A stretch of DNA of 64,000 bases. Origin: an uncultured Nitrospirota bacterium (GTDB lineage Bacteria > CG2-30-53-67). Position numbers and translations under genes: made by a program. The notes beneath the pieces are model-generated. The model was not told where the DNA came from. It did not search any database and worked only from the letters and a program-made list of their open reading frames with translations. Location of the stretch: assembly GCA_947259355.1 (NCBI GenBank), contig CAMYMF010000013.1, forward strand, positions 874 to 64,873. The letters run 5' to 3'. Shown here one piece after another: positions 1-10,125 of the stretch. Each line of letters begins with the position of its first letter. The stretch's first letter is position 1.

Positions 1-297
1 CTTCTGCGCGAAGCTGTCCGCCTCGGCGAGAAGCCTGAGGCCGATACGCCAGTTGTGACAATGATTTCGATACTGCGTGTATTTCTTACCAACGGTAATG
101 TCCGCGCTGATGCATCCGTAAAGGTAATCCTCGGGAAATCTGGCCAGAATGGATGCCACCATCGGAGAGAGAGCGGAGAGATCCTTCAAAATCTCTAGCC
201 CGTAATACATGTGGGTGGCAGGACCCCAGGCAAAGGCTTGATCAGGAACGCACAGAAAGAGGAGCGTGAAAAGAACCGTCAGCAGAGCAAAGAGCAT
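1..297 (-). CDS. Zinc-dependent phospholipase C-like family protein, N-terminal 99 codons (gene runs off the window edge)
   Basis: Absent from the ORF track because it is truncated by the edge. My translation from the ATG at 297 is MLFALLTVLFTLLFLCVPDQAFAWGPATHMYYGLEIL...NHCHNWRIGL. It has a signal-like N-terminus followed by the AWGxxTH motif typical of this family. Confidence 0.45.
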   Translation of the reverse strand, partial: MLFALLTVLFTLLFLCVPDQAFAWGPATHMYYGLEILKDLSALSPMVASILARFPEDYLYGCISADITVGKKYTQYRNHCHNWRIGLRLLAEADSFAQK

Positions 298-475
298 GTT
301 TTATCTTCGAAAAAGCCCGTTTCACCAGGGCCGAGTCAGTCGTTTCGGTCAATGCCGTTCTCGTAAATATAGCGCAAACGGACCCAACATTACAAGCAAA
401 ATATTTGCCCTCGAAAGAACAAACGAAGGGGCCTTAAATTTTATTCCCCGCATCTTCAGAAACAATTCTTAATGA

Positions 476-1825
476 TTACAGAACACGTGCTGCCAATTCG
501 GCCAGCTCAGAGCGCTCTCCCTTGAAAAGGGTCACGTGACCGGCCAGCGGCTCCCCCTTGAAGCGCTCCACCACGTAGCTCAGGCCGTTGCTCGCCGCAT
601 CAACATAGGGATTGTCAATCTGATAGGGGTCTCCTGTCAGAATCACCTTGGTGCCGCCACCGGCCCGGGTGATAACGGTCTTGATCTCGTGGGGGGTGAG
701 ATTCTGGGCCTCGTCAACGATCAGATACTGTTGGGGAAGCGAGCGACCTCGAATATAGGTCAGCGCCTCCATTTGCAACAATCCCATGCTCTGCAATTCG
801 TGGAGATTACGCTTGATATCGTCCTGGCCACCCGAAGCGGCCAACAACAGTTCCATATTGTCGAATATGGGCTGCATCCAGGGCATCAGCTTCTCCTCGA
901 TGTCGCCGGGCAGATAACCGAGGTCCCGGCCCATCGGAAGGATGGGGCGGCAGGCCACCAAGCGTTTGTATACACCCTGCTCCACGGTTTTTTCCAGTCC
1001 CGCCGCCAGGGCGAGCAGGGTCTTTCCGGTTCCCGCGATGCCCACCAGGGTGACCAGCCGGATCCGCTCGTCCATCAGAATGTCCATGGCATACTGCTGT
1101 TCCCGATTGAGTGGACGGATTCCCCACACGCCGCCGCTGTAGTCCTGCAGGGGCAGCAGACTCTTTCGCTCGTGGTAATACCGGGCCAGGGCCGAATGGG
1201 AGTTTGAGGTCTGATCCTGCAGATGCAGGAATTGATTGGGGAAAAGCCCGTCCGCCTCCCAGGGCAGCGCCTTGTCCTGATAGAAACGGTCGATCACATC
1301 GGGCATGACCTCCCGGGTGGCGGCACCGGTGTAGAGTTCGTTAATCTCCACCCGGTGGGTCTTGTAATCTTCGGCCTGGATGCCGAAGGCATTGGCCTTG
1401 ACCCGCAGGTTGGTGTCCTTTGAAATCATGATCACTTCGTGCTTCTGGTCGGTCTGCTTCAGCGCCAGCGCCACGGAGAGGATCCTGTTGTCGGCCTTGG
1501 AGATGTGCAACTCCGCCGGGAGCAGATCAAAAACCTTCTTTTCCACGTAGACCCGGAGGACACCGCCGTTTTTCAACTGAACGCCTTGGGAGAGCCCCTT
1601 GTTCTTCCGCAGCTCATCCAGCCGTCGGGAGACCAGCCGCGCATTTCGTCCGGTTTCGTTCAGGTCTTTTTTGAAGTTGTCCATCTCTTCGATGACCACC
1701 ACCGGAATCACGACGTCGTTGTCGCTGAAGGCGAAAAGGGAATCGGGGTCGTAAAGTAGCACGTTCGTGTCCAGTACGTAGACCTTCCTCGACGGATCCC
1801 TGCCGCCATTGTTCTTGCTCGCCAT
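476..1825 (-). CDS. PIN domain + PhoH-like ATPase (PhoH2/YlaK type)
   Basis: The N-terminus YVLDTNVLLYDP...VVIEEMD is PIN-like. Walker A GIAGTGKT and the C-terminal IVDEAQNLTP / GDPYQID motifs are PhoH-type. Confidence 0.85.
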   Translation of the reverse strand: MASKNNGGRDPSRKVYVLDTNVLLYDPDSLFAFSDNDVVIPVVVIEEMDNFKKDLNETGRNARLVSRRLDELRKNKGLSQGVQLKNGGVLRVYVEKKVFDLLPAELHISKADNRILSVALALKQTDQKHEVIMISKDTNLRVKANAFGIQAEDYKTHRVEINELYTGAATREVMPDVIDRFYQDKALPWEADGLFPNQFLHLQDQTSNSHSALARYYHERKSLLPLQDYSGGVWGIRPLNREQQYAMDILMDERIRLVTLVGIAGTGKTLLALAAGLEKTVEQGVYKRLVACRPILPMGRDLGYLPGDIEEKLMPWMQPIFDNMELLLAASGGQDDIKRNLHELQSMGLLQMEALTYIRGRSLPQQYLIVDEAQNLTPHEIKTVITRAGGGTKVILTGDPYQIDNPYVDAASNGLSYVVERFKGEPLAGHVTLFKGERSELAELAARVL

Positions 1826-2021
1826 GGTATCTGCTTTCCTTATGGGTCTTTCAGTGAATGTTTGAATTTTATTATAGCACAGAACATCTTAGGGTCTAAA
1901 TGGACCGGGGGCGGCAAAACACGCAGCCCGCCGCTCGCCCGGGGTTGAAAACCTTATATATCTATTGACTTTTCCGGGTAGATATCCTATTTTTCACAGG
2001 TTCATTTCCAGAGGGGGAGAT

Positions 2022-4643
2022 ATGCCAATCAGCTCGTCCCAGCCAGATCTGTGGAGAGATTGCGTCGCTTTGAAAAGAATAACGCCCCTGCTGTTCCTCA
2101 TCTTCCTAATCTTGCCGACTTCCGTGGTTTCGGCGATAGATTACGTCGACCCCCCCCGCAGCTTCGAGACGTACGACACGATCGACGCCGCGACAGAGGG
2201 CGCCCTGTTGGCGCTGGGCGACAACGGGGTGAGCGATCCCATCGCGCTCGGCTTTTCCATCGATTATTACGGCACCGCGTACACAACGGTCAGTGTGAGC
2301 GCAAACGGAATGATCGGGTTCGACTCGAACAATCTTGACACAGCCGCCCTGCCGCCGAGCTTTCCTGATCCAGCCACTCCCAACGCCGTGATCGCGCCGC
2401 TTGCGAGCGATCTCGACCCGTCGGCCGGGGGCAGCATCTACACCCGGGCGGGCGGCACCGCCGGTCAGCGTTATTTCATCGTCCAATGGATCGGCGTACC
2501 GGTCGCCGGCCTCGGTGGCAATCGCAGCTTCGCCGTCGTGCTCTACGAAGACAACGGCGACATTCTTTTTCAGTACAGCACCCTCGGGGGCGGCACTGCC
2601 GTCGACGGCGCGACGACAACGATCGGCCTTGAAAATACGGACGGCTCTTTCGCAATAACCACAGCGGCATCCGGAATCGCCGAGGGCCGTTCCATGCTCT
2701 TTTACGGCACCGACCCCGATGCGGACGGCGACGGCATGCTCGATCGCTTCGAGCGCTTTTTCGGGCTTGATCCCGCTGTCGATGACAGCGCGGACGACAA
2801 CGATGGCGACGGTGTCAGCAATCTCGACGAATTCACGCAGGGAACGCAACCGACCGAGGCGGACAGCGACGGCGACGGCCTCTCCGACGGGGACGAAGCG
2901 ACCCTCGGCACCGATCCGCGCAGCGCGGACACCGACGGTGACGGGATCGAGGAAGCGCGGGAGGACGTCAATCAGAACGGACAGGTGGACACTGGCGAAA
3001 CCGATCCCGCTCTGGCTGATTCGGACGGCGACGGCTACAGTGATGCCGTGGAGTACACCTACGGCGACGCGTTCGGTGCCGATCCTCTCTCCCCGGTCGC
3101 ATCTCCGTCTCTAGGGTACACCCTCGTCAGCGGATCCATCCAAAGCGCGATCAGCAGCGCCGGAGACGGAAACATCCTCTATATTCCGCCGGGAGAGCAT
3201 GATCTGGACGCGAGCCTGTCGGTGGACAGACCCATCACCCTGATCGGTGCCGGGGCAAACCTGACGACACTGGTACTGCCCGGCGGCATCAGCATCATCG
3301 GCGTGGACGGCGTCGTCCTGACCGGTTTCACAATCCGAGAAAGCACCACTGCACCGGCCATACGGATACAAGCAACCGATAGCGCAAGCACCGAGACCAC
3401 GGCGGTGAAAATCACCCTGGAGAACTGTAACGAAGGCGTGCTGATCAGCGGCGCAGCGGAGACCACCACCGCGCTGCTCGATCAGGTCATCTTCCAGGTC
3501 ACCGAGGCCGCCCCCGTCTCGTATGGCATTCGTGTAGAGAATCTCGCAAACGCGTCGGATACGGTGAGCATCCGCAATGCAACCCTCTCCCTCACCGGGG
3601 GAGCTGCGGGCGTCGTCATCGACAACAGCCGCGGCGTCTCAGTCGCCGGCAGCACCCTCACCAGGGCCAACGCTGTGGGGATACGGATCAGCGACGGCAA
3701 CGATATCTCCGTCGACAACAACACCCTCCGCGCCAACTTCGGGGACAGCATTCAGGTCGCGGGCAGCGGCACCGGCATCACCCTGAACCGGAACACCATC
3801 TCCGACAACAGTGGTCGGGGAATCTTGGTTAGCGATGCCACCGATGCAAACATCACCGACAATCTCATCACTTCCAATGAGATCGGCATCGAGTCGACAT
3901 CCACCGGCACGGTGGTGAACTCGGGCAATTCACTGAGCGACAACACCACCGACTACGTGGGATCGCTGAATCAGAACGAGAGCCCCGCCTCCACCGTCGG
4001 CGCGAGCTTCGCCGGGAAGCTGATCGCAGAGGCTGCAGGATGGATCGCGCAGGCGGCAGGGGGCACCGTGGCCGTCCTCGACCCCCCGTCGGTTTCGGCC
4101 GCTCCCATCACCAGTCTTTTCGGGACCAGTCTCGCGCTGCCGGAGGCTGCGATGCCTCAAGACGCGCTCGTCATGATTTCCGAAACACGGGAGACCGTCC
4201 CGGCCCTTCCCATTGCCTTTGATTTTTCCATGCCTTTGGTCACGTTCGAACTGCAGAATGCGGACCTCACCGGTACGGCGACCATCACGCTCCCGGTACT
4301 GGCCGGCTACGACATGGATCAAGCCCGGGTCTTTCAGCTATCCGGAAGCAGCTGGCAGGAGATCACCGGCTGGGCAAAACATGATCATGGGCAGACCGCT
4401 GTTCATCAGCAGATTTCCTTCGAGACCAACACGCTCGGAACTTTTGCGCTGGTGCTCGATTTGCCCGTTCTGGACCCCGGGGACCCCGGCGGAGGAGGCG
4501 GATGCGCGCTTGCCAGCGAGACCGCCACCGGCAGGGCGCCGTCGGCCGCGCTCGACGGGCTGCTCTGCCTGTTCCCGCTGCTCTACCTGATGCTGCGCAG
4601 AATCTGGGTCGCAGCTCGGCCCCGCCGTGCAACCGGAGAGTGA
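2022..4643 (+). CDS. Large secreted protein: N-terminal domain, thrombospondin type-3 (DxDxDG) Ca-binding repeats, parallel beta-helix repeats, C-terminal Gly/Cys + TM + basic tail
   Basis: ATG at 2022 follows GAGGGGGAGA. Signal peptide is LLFLIFLILPTSVVSA. Repeated DSDGDGLSDGDE / DTDGDGIEE / DSDGDGYSD motifs are present, as are NosD-like repeats (ISVDNNTL.., ITLNRNTISDNSGRGILV..). The tail reads GGGGGCALA...LLCLFPLLYLMLRRIW. The track start at 1965 (TTG) looks like a -35 box rather than a start codon. Confidence 0.7.
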   Translation: MPISSSQPDLWRDCVALKRITPLLFLIFLILPTSVVSAIDYVDPPRSFETYDTIDAATEGALLALGDNGVSDPIALGFSIDYYGTAYTTVSVSANGMIGFDSNNLDTAALPPSFPDPATPNAVIAPLASDLDPSAGGSIYTRAGGTAGQRYFIVQWIGVPVAGLGGNRSFAVVLYEDNGDILFQYSTLGGGTAVDGATTTIGLENTDGSFAITTAASGIAEGRSMLFYGTDPDADGDGMLDRFERFFGLDPAVDDSADDNDGDGVSNLDEFTQGTQPTEADSDGDGLSDGDEATLGTDPRSADTDGDGIEEAREDVNQNGQVDTGETDPALADSDGDGYSDAVEYTYGDAFGADPLSPVASPSLGYTLVSGSIQSAISSAGDGNILYIPPGEHDLDASLSVDRPITLIGAGANLTTLVLPGGISIIGVDGVVLTGFTIRESTTAPAIRIQATDSASTETTAVKITLENCNEGVLISGAAETTTALLDQVIFQVTEAAPVSYGIRVENLANASDTVSIRNATLSLTGGAAGVVIDNSRGVSVAGSTLTRANAVGIRISDGNDISVDNNTLRANFGDSIQVAGSGTGITLNRNTISDNSGRGILVSDATDANITDNLITSNEIGIESTSTGTVVNSGNSLSDNTTDYVGSLNQNESPASTVGASFAGKLIAEAAGWIAQAAGGTVAVLDPPSVSAAPITSLFGTSLALPEAAMPQDALVMISETRETVPALPIAFDFSMPLVTFELQNADLTGTATITLPVLAGYDMDQARVFQLSGSSWQEITGWAKHDHGQTAVHQQISFETNTLGTFALVLDLPVLDPGDPGGGGGCALASETATGRAPSAALDGLLCLFPLLYLMLRRIWVAARPRRATGE

Positions 4644-7092
4644 CGCGTTGAGAGAATCTGAACCGAGACAACGGCCCCGACGGCCCGTCAACGGAGAATG
4701 GACCCTTTCGGTCAACGGCCTTGCCGTTCTGCTCTGCCTGTTCGCGGTGGGTGCCTTCGCCCAGGACGTCGGTGCACCGATCATTCGCAAGATCGATATC
4801 GTCGGCAACCGGCGCATCGACAGCGGCACCATTCTGGGCCGGATCGGCTCCCGGGTCGGTGAGCGGCTCTCCCTGGAAATGATTCGCGAAGACATTCGGG
4901 CCATCTACGGTATGGGCGGCTATTTCGAGAACGTCCAAGCCGAAAGCGAGCCAATAGAGGACGGCGTTCGGCTGGTCTTCCGGGTGGAGGAAAAGCCGAT
5001 CATCTCCGGGATCACCATCAAGGACAACAAGGAGCTCGAAGAGGGGCGCATCCGCGACGTGCTGCACTCGAGAATCGGCTCCCCCTTCGACCTGAAGAGC
5101 GTTAAGAAGGACAAGGAGGCCATCAAGAAACTGTATCAAGGCTCCGGCTTCTATTTCGCCCAGATACGAAGCCGAGTGGAGACCGACAGGAATCAGAACA
5201 AGCAACTGGTCTACGCCATTGAAGAGGGGAAGAAAGTCGTCATCGGGGAGATACTCCTGGACGGCAACAAGAGCCTCAAGGCGAGCAAGATCAAGAAGGG
5301 GGCCATGGAGACAAAGGAACAGTGGATGCTCTCCTGGCTGACCTCTGCGGGGGTCTACAAGCGGGAAATCCTCGACATCGATATGCAACGGATCAAGGAC
5401 TATTATTACAGCCACGGCTATCTGGAGGTCCAGTTGGGCGAGCCTCAGGTCTCTTTCAGCAAACCGGACCGCCGCCCCCGGGATCGCGCCTATGAATGGT
5501 TCAAGGGGATTTTCTGGAAGAAGAACATGATTGCCGTGACCATTCCCATCTCCGAAGGCGAGCAGTACAGCGTGGGCCGAATCGACTTTCAGGGAAATAC
5601 GGCCATTCCCGAGAAAACCTTGAAGGCCGCCATGAACTCCCAGGAGGGGGAGGTCTTCAGTAGTGAGAAGATCCGCGAGGATATCCAGACACTGAGCAAC
5701 CTCTTCGGAGAAAAGGGCTTCGCCTTTGCCAGCATTTCCCCCCTGACGGAGCTGAATCGTTCCGACCGTAGCGTGCATCTCACGTGGGACATCTCAGAGG
5801 GGCAGCGGGTCTTCGTAGGCGAAGTCAATATCACCGGGAACGTGCGCACCCGCGATACGGTGATCCGACGGGAACTTCGGTTCAATGAGGGCGATCAGTA
5901 CAACATTGCCAAGATCGACCGCAGCAGAGTGCGTATCCGCAACACGGGCTATTTCGAGGACGTCCAGATCACGACGAATCGGCGGCCCGGAGAGCAGGTG
6001 GTCGATCTGGATATTGCAGTCAAGGAACAGCAGACCGGCTCGCTGAGCTTTGGTCTCGGTGCAAGTTCGACGCAGGGTTTGGTGGGGTCCTTCGACGTGC
6101 GGCAGAGAAACCTCTTTGGCACGGGGCGGGAGCTGAATGTGGCGGCCATGCTCGGGGGGGAGGACAGCACCTTCAACATCCGGTTCGTGGAGCCATGGCT
6201 CTACAACCGGGAAATCAGTCTGGGCATTCATCTATTCAAGACAATCTCCGATTTTGACTCTTTCGAGGAAGACACGACGGGCGGCACGCTTACGTTTGGC
6301 CGGGCCCTGGATGAATACAGTCATGGCAGCATCGGACTCAACTATGAGGAAGTCGATTTCACCGATGTGGACCTTGCCCTTCAAGATGCTTCGACGGAGG
6401 CCCAGTCGGTCTTCGGCATCACCCTGGGGTGGCGACGCAACACGGTGGACAACATCCTGGATCCCACCGGGGGGTATCTGGCACGGGCGTCAGCCAAATT
6501 CGCGAGTTTCCTGGGGGACGCAGATTTCAACAAATATTTCTTTTCCGATCGGATCTTCTTTGATGGTCCGGGCAAGACTACGCTGTCCATCAACGGGGAG
6601 TTCGGCTATGTCGACGTCGCTCGGGCCGAGGAGATCCCCGTTTCCGAGCTGTTCTTCCTGGGCGGCATCGAATCGGTGCGAGGATTCCAATACCGGAGCC
6701 TGGGCCCGAGAAACGCTTTTGGAAGCCTGATCGGCGGACGCAAATTGGTCCTTGTCAATACGGAGTTCTACTTCCCCATCGCGCCGGCCGCCGGCCTGAA
6801 GGCCTTTCTCTTCTTCGATGCGGGGAAAGTCTTCGACCCGGCCAGTGAGACAACCATCACCAGCACGCCGGGCACGCCGGTGGACCTGGATGGCGACGGC
6901 ACATTCGACGCCTTCCAGGTTGTCCGGAGCCCCCACCTGACCGACGGGGACGAGTGGAAGAAAAGTTACGGAATCGGTTTCTACTGGCGGTCCCCCATGG
7001 GGCCGGTGAAGATTGTCTGGACCGATGTGTTGGACGAAGAGCCCTTCGATGAAGTGGAAACCATTCAGTTCAGTCTGGGGACGGCCTTCTGA
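4627..7092 (+). CDS. bamA: Outer membrane protein assembly factor BamA (POTRA repeats + Omp85 barrel)
   Basis: POTRA-type N-terminus (IRKIDIVGNRRIDSGTILGRI..., VGEVNITGNVRTRDTVIRREL). The barrel ends with FSLGTAF (terminal Phe). The exact start is uncertain (GTG 4627 or TTG 4648). Confidence 0.9.
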   Translation: MQPESDALRESEPRQRPRRPVNGEWTLSVNGLAVLLCLFAVGAFAQDVGAPIIRKIDIVGNRRIDSGTILGRIGSRVGERLSLEMIREDIRAIYGMGGYFENVQAESEPIEDGVRLVFRVEEKPIISGITIKDNKELEEGRIRDVLHSRIGSPFDLKSVKKDKEAIKKLYQGSGFYFAQIRSRVETDRNQNKQLVYAIEEGKKVVIGEILLDGNKSLKASKIKKGAMETKEQWMLSWLTSAGVYKREILDIDMQRIKDYYYSHGYLEVQLGEPQVSFSKPDRRPRDRAYEWFKGIFWKKNMIAVTIPISEGEQYSVGRIDFQGNTAIPEKTLKAAMNSQEGEVFSSEKIREDIQTLSNLFGEKGFAFASISPLTELNRSDRSVHLTWDISEGQRVFVGEVNITGNVRTRDTVIRRELRFNEGDQYNIAKIDRSRVRIRNTGYFEDVQITTNRRPGEQVVDLDIAVKEQQTGSLSFGLGASSTQGLVGSFDVRQRNLFGTGRELNVAAMLGGEDSTFNIRFVEPWLYNREISLGIHLFKTISDFDSFEEDTTGGTLTFGRALDEYSHGSIGLNYEEVDFTDVDLALQDASTEAQSVFGITLGWRRNTVDNILDPTGGYLARASAKFASFLGDADFNKYFFSDRIFFDGPGKTTLSINGEFGYVDVARAEEIPVSELFFLGGIESVRGFQYRSLGPRNAFGSLIGGRKLVLVNTEFYFPIAPAAGLKAFLFFDAGKVFDPASETTITSTPGTPVDLDGDGTFDAFQVVRSPHLTDGDEWKKSYGIGFYWRSPMGPVKIVWTDVLDEEPFDEVETIQFSLGTAF

Positions 7093-7153
7093 CGGCGGCT
7101 CCGTCCGGCAGTCCTTGAAAGTCACCATTGTCGCATCGTGAAGGAGTGAGACC

Positions 7154-7681
7154 ATGAAAGCAAGCACAACCCTGATGTTCATTGCGACCGTCGGCGTCCT
7201 CTGCGCTTCCGGCGCCGTCGCCCACGCCAAAGAGGATCGTATCGGTTTCGTCGATTTTCAGAAGGTTTTCGAGAAATCAAAAGTGATCCAGAAGCTGAAT
7301 GCGGAACTCGAACGGGACTTGAAAAGCGAGCAGGCGGCCATTTCGAGGAAGCGGGACTCCCTGGAGAGCAAGAAGCAGGCATTCGAAAAGAAAACGGCAG
7401 TGATGAATGACGATGTGCGGACGAAAAAGGAAGAGGAACTACTGAAAGAATTCAAGGATCTGAAACGCTACGCCAACGACAAGGAGGAGGAGTTCAAGCG
7501 GAAAGGCTCCGGTCTCATGCAAAACATCATGAAGGAACTCACCGACATTGTGAAGGAGATCGGCGAGAAAGAGGGCTACACTGCGATTGTGGAGCGCGCC
7601 ACCGGCGGCGTGCTCTACATGGCAACCACCGCCGACATCACCGACGCCGTCGTCGAAGCGTATGACAAACGAAACAAATAG
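7154..7681 (+). CDS. skp: OmpH/Skp family periplasmic chaperone
   Basis: Signal peptide, then [14 protein letters not shown] and a long K/E-rich coiled coil. Position is the canonical bamA-skp-lpxD order. Confidence 0.8.
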   Translation: MKASTTLMFIATVGVLCASGAVAHAKEDRIGFVDFQKVFEKSKVIQKLNAELERDLKSEQAAISRKRDSLESKKQAFEKKTAVMNDDVRTKKEEELLKEFKDLKRYANDKEEEFKRKGSGLMQNIMKELTDIVKEIGEKEGYTAIVERATGGVLYMATTADITDAVVEAYDKRNK

Positions 7682-7688
7682 GCCTGCC

Positions 7689-8762
7689 ATGTCACAGAGC
7701 GAGACAGGAGAAACCTGGCGGCTTGCGCAGCTGGCCTCGGCCGTCCAAGGGGATCTCGACGGCGACGGCTCCGTTGAAATCCACGGCGTCGCGCCCATCG
7801 AACGGGCGGGGGCCGGCGAGATCACCTTCGTGGCGAATCCGAAATATCTCGGCGCCCTGAAGGATACCGGTGCGGCCGCCGTGGTTCTGGCGCCCGGGAT
7901 CCCATCGCCCATTCCGGCCATTCGGAGCGCGAACCCTTATCTGGCCTTTGCCAAGATCGCCACCCTCACCTGCGGAGGCGGGGCGACGCACCGGGGCGTG
8001 AGTGCGGACCTGATACAGGGGGAGGCCTGCAAACTGGGACAGGAGCTGTCCATATACCCGCGGGTCACCCTGGGGGATCACGTACGCATCGGCGATCGCG
8101 TCACCCTCTGCCCGGGGGTGATCATCGGGGACGGCGCGGTGATCGGAGAGGATGCGGTCCTTCATGCGGGCGTGTCGGTACGGGACGGTGTCCGCATCGG
8201 CCACCGGGTGATTATTCACGACGGGGCCGTCATCGGCAGTGACGGTTTCGGCTTCGCACCCGACGGCGAGCGTTACTATAAAATCCCTCAGATGGGCGGC
8301 GTCGTGATCGGTGACGATGTCGAAATCGGAGCCAACACGACAATCGACCGGGGCACCCTGGGGGACACCGTCATCGGCGCCGGCACGAAGATCGACAACC
8401 TCGTGCAGATCGCCCACAACGTGCAGATCGGAGAGAACTCGATTATCGTCTCTCAGGTCGGCATTTCGGGCAGCACTGTCGTCGGAAGCCGGGTCACCCT
8501 GGCGGGTCAGGTCGGCGTAGCCGGTCATCTGAGCATCGGAGACAGCGTAACCGTGGGCGCGCAGTCAGGCGTCACCAAGGACGTCGCTCCCGGCCAGACC
8601 GTCAGCGGTCTGCCGGTGATCCCGCACCGGCAGTGGCTGAAGGCCGCTGCATCCTTCGCCCATCTGCCGGCAATCCGGCGAGACCTGCGCAGACTGCAGC
8701 AGACGATCAAGGAACTTATGAGAGAACGGAAGGGAGGAGAGCGCCATGATGGACATCAATGA
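7689..8762 (+). CDS. lpxD: UDP-3-O-acylglucosamine N-acyltransferase LpxD
   Basis: Start chosen at ATG 7689 ([16 protein letters not shown]...). Hexapeptide left-handed beta-helix repeats and the FVANPKY motif are present. The upstream part of the track ORF overlaps skp. Confidence 0.9.
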   Translation: MSQSETGETWRLAQLASAVQGDLDGDGSVEIHGVAPIERAGAGEITFVANPKYLGALKDTGAAAVVLAPGIPSPIPAIRSANPYLAFAKIATLTCGGGATHRGVSADLIQGEACKLGQELSIYPRVTLGDHVRIGDRVTLCPGVIIGDGAVIGEDAVLHAGVSVRDGVRIGHRVIIHDGAVIGSDGFGFAPDGERYYKIPQMGGVVIGDDVEIGANTTIDRGTLGDTVIGAGTKIDNLVQIAHNVQIGENSIIVSQVGISGSTVVGSRVTLAGQVGVAGHLSIGDSVTVGAQSGVTKDVAPGQTVSGLPVIPHRQWLKAAASFAHLPAIRRDLRRLQQTIKELMRERKGGERHDGHQ

Positions 8763-9177
8763 GATCATGCAGTACCTGCCGCACCGCTATCCCCTGCTGC
8801 TGGTGGACCGTATTGTCGAAATGGCGCCCAAGAAGCGAATCGTTGGGCTCAAGAACGTCTCGGTCAATGAGCCTTTCTTCCAGGGGCATTTCCCGGGACA
8901 TCCCATTATGCCTGGCGTCTTGATCATCGAGGCCATGGCCCAGACAGCCGGAGTGCTCTCCATGCAGATGGTGGAAGATCCAGACTCCAAAGTGATCTAC
9001 TTCATGACCATCGATAAAGCGAAGTTTCGTCATCCCGTACAGCCCGGCGACCAGCTTCGCCTCGAGTTGGATGTTCTCAAGATTCGCGTGCCCATCATGA
9101 AGTTCGAGGGAAAGGCCTTCGTGGGCGACCGGAAAGTGGCGGAAGCACAACTGACTGCCACCATCACCGACAAGTGA
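8746..9177 (+). CDS. fabZ: 3-hydroxyacyl-ACP dehydratase FabZ
   Basis: Contains [13 protein letters not shown]...[26 protein letters not shown], the canonical FabZ motif. Confidence 0.95.
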   Translation: MMDINEIMQYLPHRYPLLLVDRIVEMAPKKRIVGLKNVSVNEPFFQGHFPGHPIMPGVLIIEAMAQTAGVLSMQMVEDPDSKVIYFMTIDKAKFRHPVQPGDQLRLELDVLKIRVPIMKFEGKAFVGDRKVAEAQLTATITDK

Positions 9178-9287
9178 ATCAATGGGTTGAAGCATAACGG
9201 TGAAAAGCTGAAGGCGTCTGGAACCGAAGGGTTCGAGTGGCGCGCGCAAGAGCGGCAACGTAAAACGAAGAGAAGAAAAGGTCATCG

Positions 9288-10061
9288 ATGAAAGTGCACC
9301 CGACGAGCATCATGCACCCCGGTGCCCGCATTGAGGACGATGTGGAGATCGGTCCCTTCTGCGTCATTGGGGAGCACGTTCAGATCAGGCGCGGAACGAA
9401 GATCAAGTCCCATGTCAGCATCGACGGATGGACCGAGATCGGAGAGGGATGCGCTTTCTATCCTTTCTCATCCATCGGCGAGCCCCCGCAGGATCTTAAG
9501 TTCCGGGGGGAGCCGTCGGTCCTGCGGATCGGCCGCAACAATGTCTTCCGGGAGTTCGTGACGCTTAACCGAGGCACCGAAGGGGGCGGCGGCGAGACGG
9601 TCATCGGGGATGACAACTTTTTCATGGCCTACTGCCACGTGGCCCATGACTGCCGGATCGGCAATCACGTAGTCATGGCCAACGCCGCGACGCTGGCCGG
9701 CCACATCAGCATTGCAGATCATGCGATCATCGGGGGGCTCTCCGCCATTCACCAGTTTGTGAACATCGGGCGATACGCCATCATTGGTGGCGCCTCGGCC
9801 GTGCCCAAGGATGTGCCGCCCTTCTGTAACGCCACCGGCAACCGGGCCGTTCTGCGCGGCCTGAACACCGTCGGTCTGAAGCGCCACGGCTTTGCCGAAG
9901 CGACGGTGCAGAAGCTCAAACAGGCCTACCGGCACCTCTTTCGCTCCAATCTAATCCTGGAGGAAGCGGCCGAGAAGGCCCGGCAGGAGAGTACCGGTCT
10001 GCCCGAGGTAGAGGAACTGGTCCGTTTCGTCCTCCAGTCGAAACGGGGTGTCTGCAAATAA
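9288..10061 (+). CDS. lpxA: Acyl-ACP--UDP-GlcNAc O-acyltransferase LpxA
   Basis: IHPTSI-type start, hexapeptide repeats, and C-terminal helical domain GLNTVGLKRHGF...KQAYRHLF. Confidence 0.9.
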   Translation: MKVHPTSIMHPGARIEDDVEIGPFCVIGEHVQIRRGTKIKSHVSIDGWTEIGEGCAFYPFSSIGEPPQDLKFRGEPSVLRIGRNNVFREFVTLNRGTEGGGGETVIGDDNFFMAYCHVAHDCRIGNHVVMANAATLAGHISIADHAIIGGLSAIHQFVNIGRYAIIGGASAVPKDVPPFCNATGNRAVLRGLNTVGLKRHGFAEATVQKLKQAYRHLFRSNLILEEAAEKARQESTGLPEVEELVRFVLQSKRGVCK

Positions 10062-10125
10062 ACAATCGCGCTCGTAAAGACACGTCTGGGCGGGCGCGGT
10101 TTTGGAAACAGCACAGAGGCGAGGG

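Noticed and set aside
266-472. 68-aa plus-strand ORF between the PLC-like gene and the phoH-like gene
   Set aside because: It overlaps the 5' end of the minus-strand PLC-like gene. It is basic and low-complexity, has no RBS, and most likely lies in promoter/terminator space.
1965-2021. TTG start at 1965 for the TSP3/beta-helix protein
   Set aside because: TTGACT at 1965 followed 17 nt later by TATTTT looks like a -35/-10 pair. The ATG at 2022 has a purine-rich RBS and is followed directly by a signal peptide.
4363-5778. 471-aa minus-strand ORF antisense to bamA
   Set aside because: It lies entirely within the well-supported bamA frame. Its composition is Arg/Gly/Ala/Leu-rich and low-complexity, typical of mirror-frame ORFs in high-GC DNA, and it has no recognisable motifs.
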